From assembly GCF_988242995.1 (NCBI RefSeq), contig NZ_OZ547043.1: a stretch of 64,000 bases of DNA; one strand, 5' to 3'. The first letter of the stretch is position 1. Each line of letters opens with the position of its first letter. Below are positions 63,449-64,000 of the stretch, in pieces. A program made the translations under genes and the position numbers. Under the pieces are notes generated by a model, which was given only the letters and a program-made list of their open reading frames with translations, was not told the origin of the DNA and searched no databases.

Positions 63449-64000
63449 AACCAGTCCACTTCATCCTTATGCTCTTCGAAATCGGCGCGCATCACCTCAA
63501 TCAGCTCCACCATATCTTGTGGAATAGGCGCATGCCATTCCATTTCGATGCCGGAGATCGGGTGATAAAGACGCAGCATGGTTGCATGAAGCGCCTGGCG
63601 GTCAAACTTACGCAGCGTGGAGATAAACGCTTCCGAAGCACCTTTTGGAGGACGCGGACGGCCACCATAAATCGGATCGCCCACCAGCGGATGAGTGATA
63701 TGGGCCATATGCACGCGGATCTGGTGCGTACGTCCAGTTTCCAGACGCAACCGCAGACGCGTGTGCACACGGAAGTGTTCCATGATGCGATAGTGAGTCA
63801 CCGCTGGTTTGCCCATCGGATGCACCGCCATGTGAGTACGTTTGGTCGGGTGGCGACTGATTGGCTCATCCACCGTACCGCCAGCGGTCATATGACCAAT
63901 TGCGACAGCTTCATACTCACGAGTAATTTCACGCCGTTGCAAAGATTCGACTAAACGCGTCTGAGCCGGAACGGTTTTTGCCACAACCATCAGGCCAGTG
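63445..64000 (-). CDS. rluD: 23S rRNA pseudouridine synthase D, 3' portion; 5' end beyond window
   Basis: RluA-family catalytic region (HRLDKDTSG-type segment); the track start at 63990 is an internal Met because the frame runs off the window. Confidence 0.85.
   Translation of the reverse strand, partial: TGLMVVAKTVPAQTRLVESLQRREITREYEAVAIGHMTAGGTVDEPISRHPTKRTHMAVHPMGKPAVTHYRIMEHFRVHTRLRLRLETGRTHQIRVHMAHITHPLVGDPIYGGRPRPPKGASEAFISTLRKFDRQALHATMLRLYHPISGIEMEWHAPIPQDMVELIEVMRADFEEHKDEVDWL

Overview
This window reads as a contiguous, well-ordered stretch of Escherichia coli K-12-type chromosome running from the 3' end of hcaB to the 3' part of rluD; gene names are assigned from recalled protein sequences and gene order, not from a database search. 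Order: hcaB-hcaD, yphA, the minus-strand yphG-F-E-D-C-B cluster with divergent yphH, glyA<>hmp, glnB, glrR-qseG-glrK, the sRNA glmY, purL, mltF, tadA, pgpC, yfhH, yfhL, the shoB/ohsC type I toxin-antitoxin pair, acpS-pdxJ-recO-era-rnc, lepB-lepA, rseC-rseB-rseA-rpoE (with the rseD leader ORF), nadB, trmN6, srmB, yfiE, eamB, grcA, ung, yfiF, trxC, tapT, patZ, pssA, yfiM, kgtP, the complete minus-strand rRNA operon (16S, tRNA-Glu, 23S, 5S, terminators), clpB, yfiH and rluD. I found no transposase, integrase, IS ends, prophage genes or CRISPR array. I do not see a clearly novel system: almost every signal maps onto known biology. The least characterised module is the yph locus (2387-12627), a putative sugar or polyol uptake and catabolism cluster of unknown substrate. 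Several real elements are absent from the ORF track because they are short or non-coding: the 26-codon shoB toxin ORF with its antisense RNA, glmY with its sigma54 promoter and three activator sites, and the 51-codon rseD ORF that overlaps the rpoE start. All coordinates were indexed by hand; rRNA and sRNA ends and all regulatory sites are approximate to a few nucleotides.
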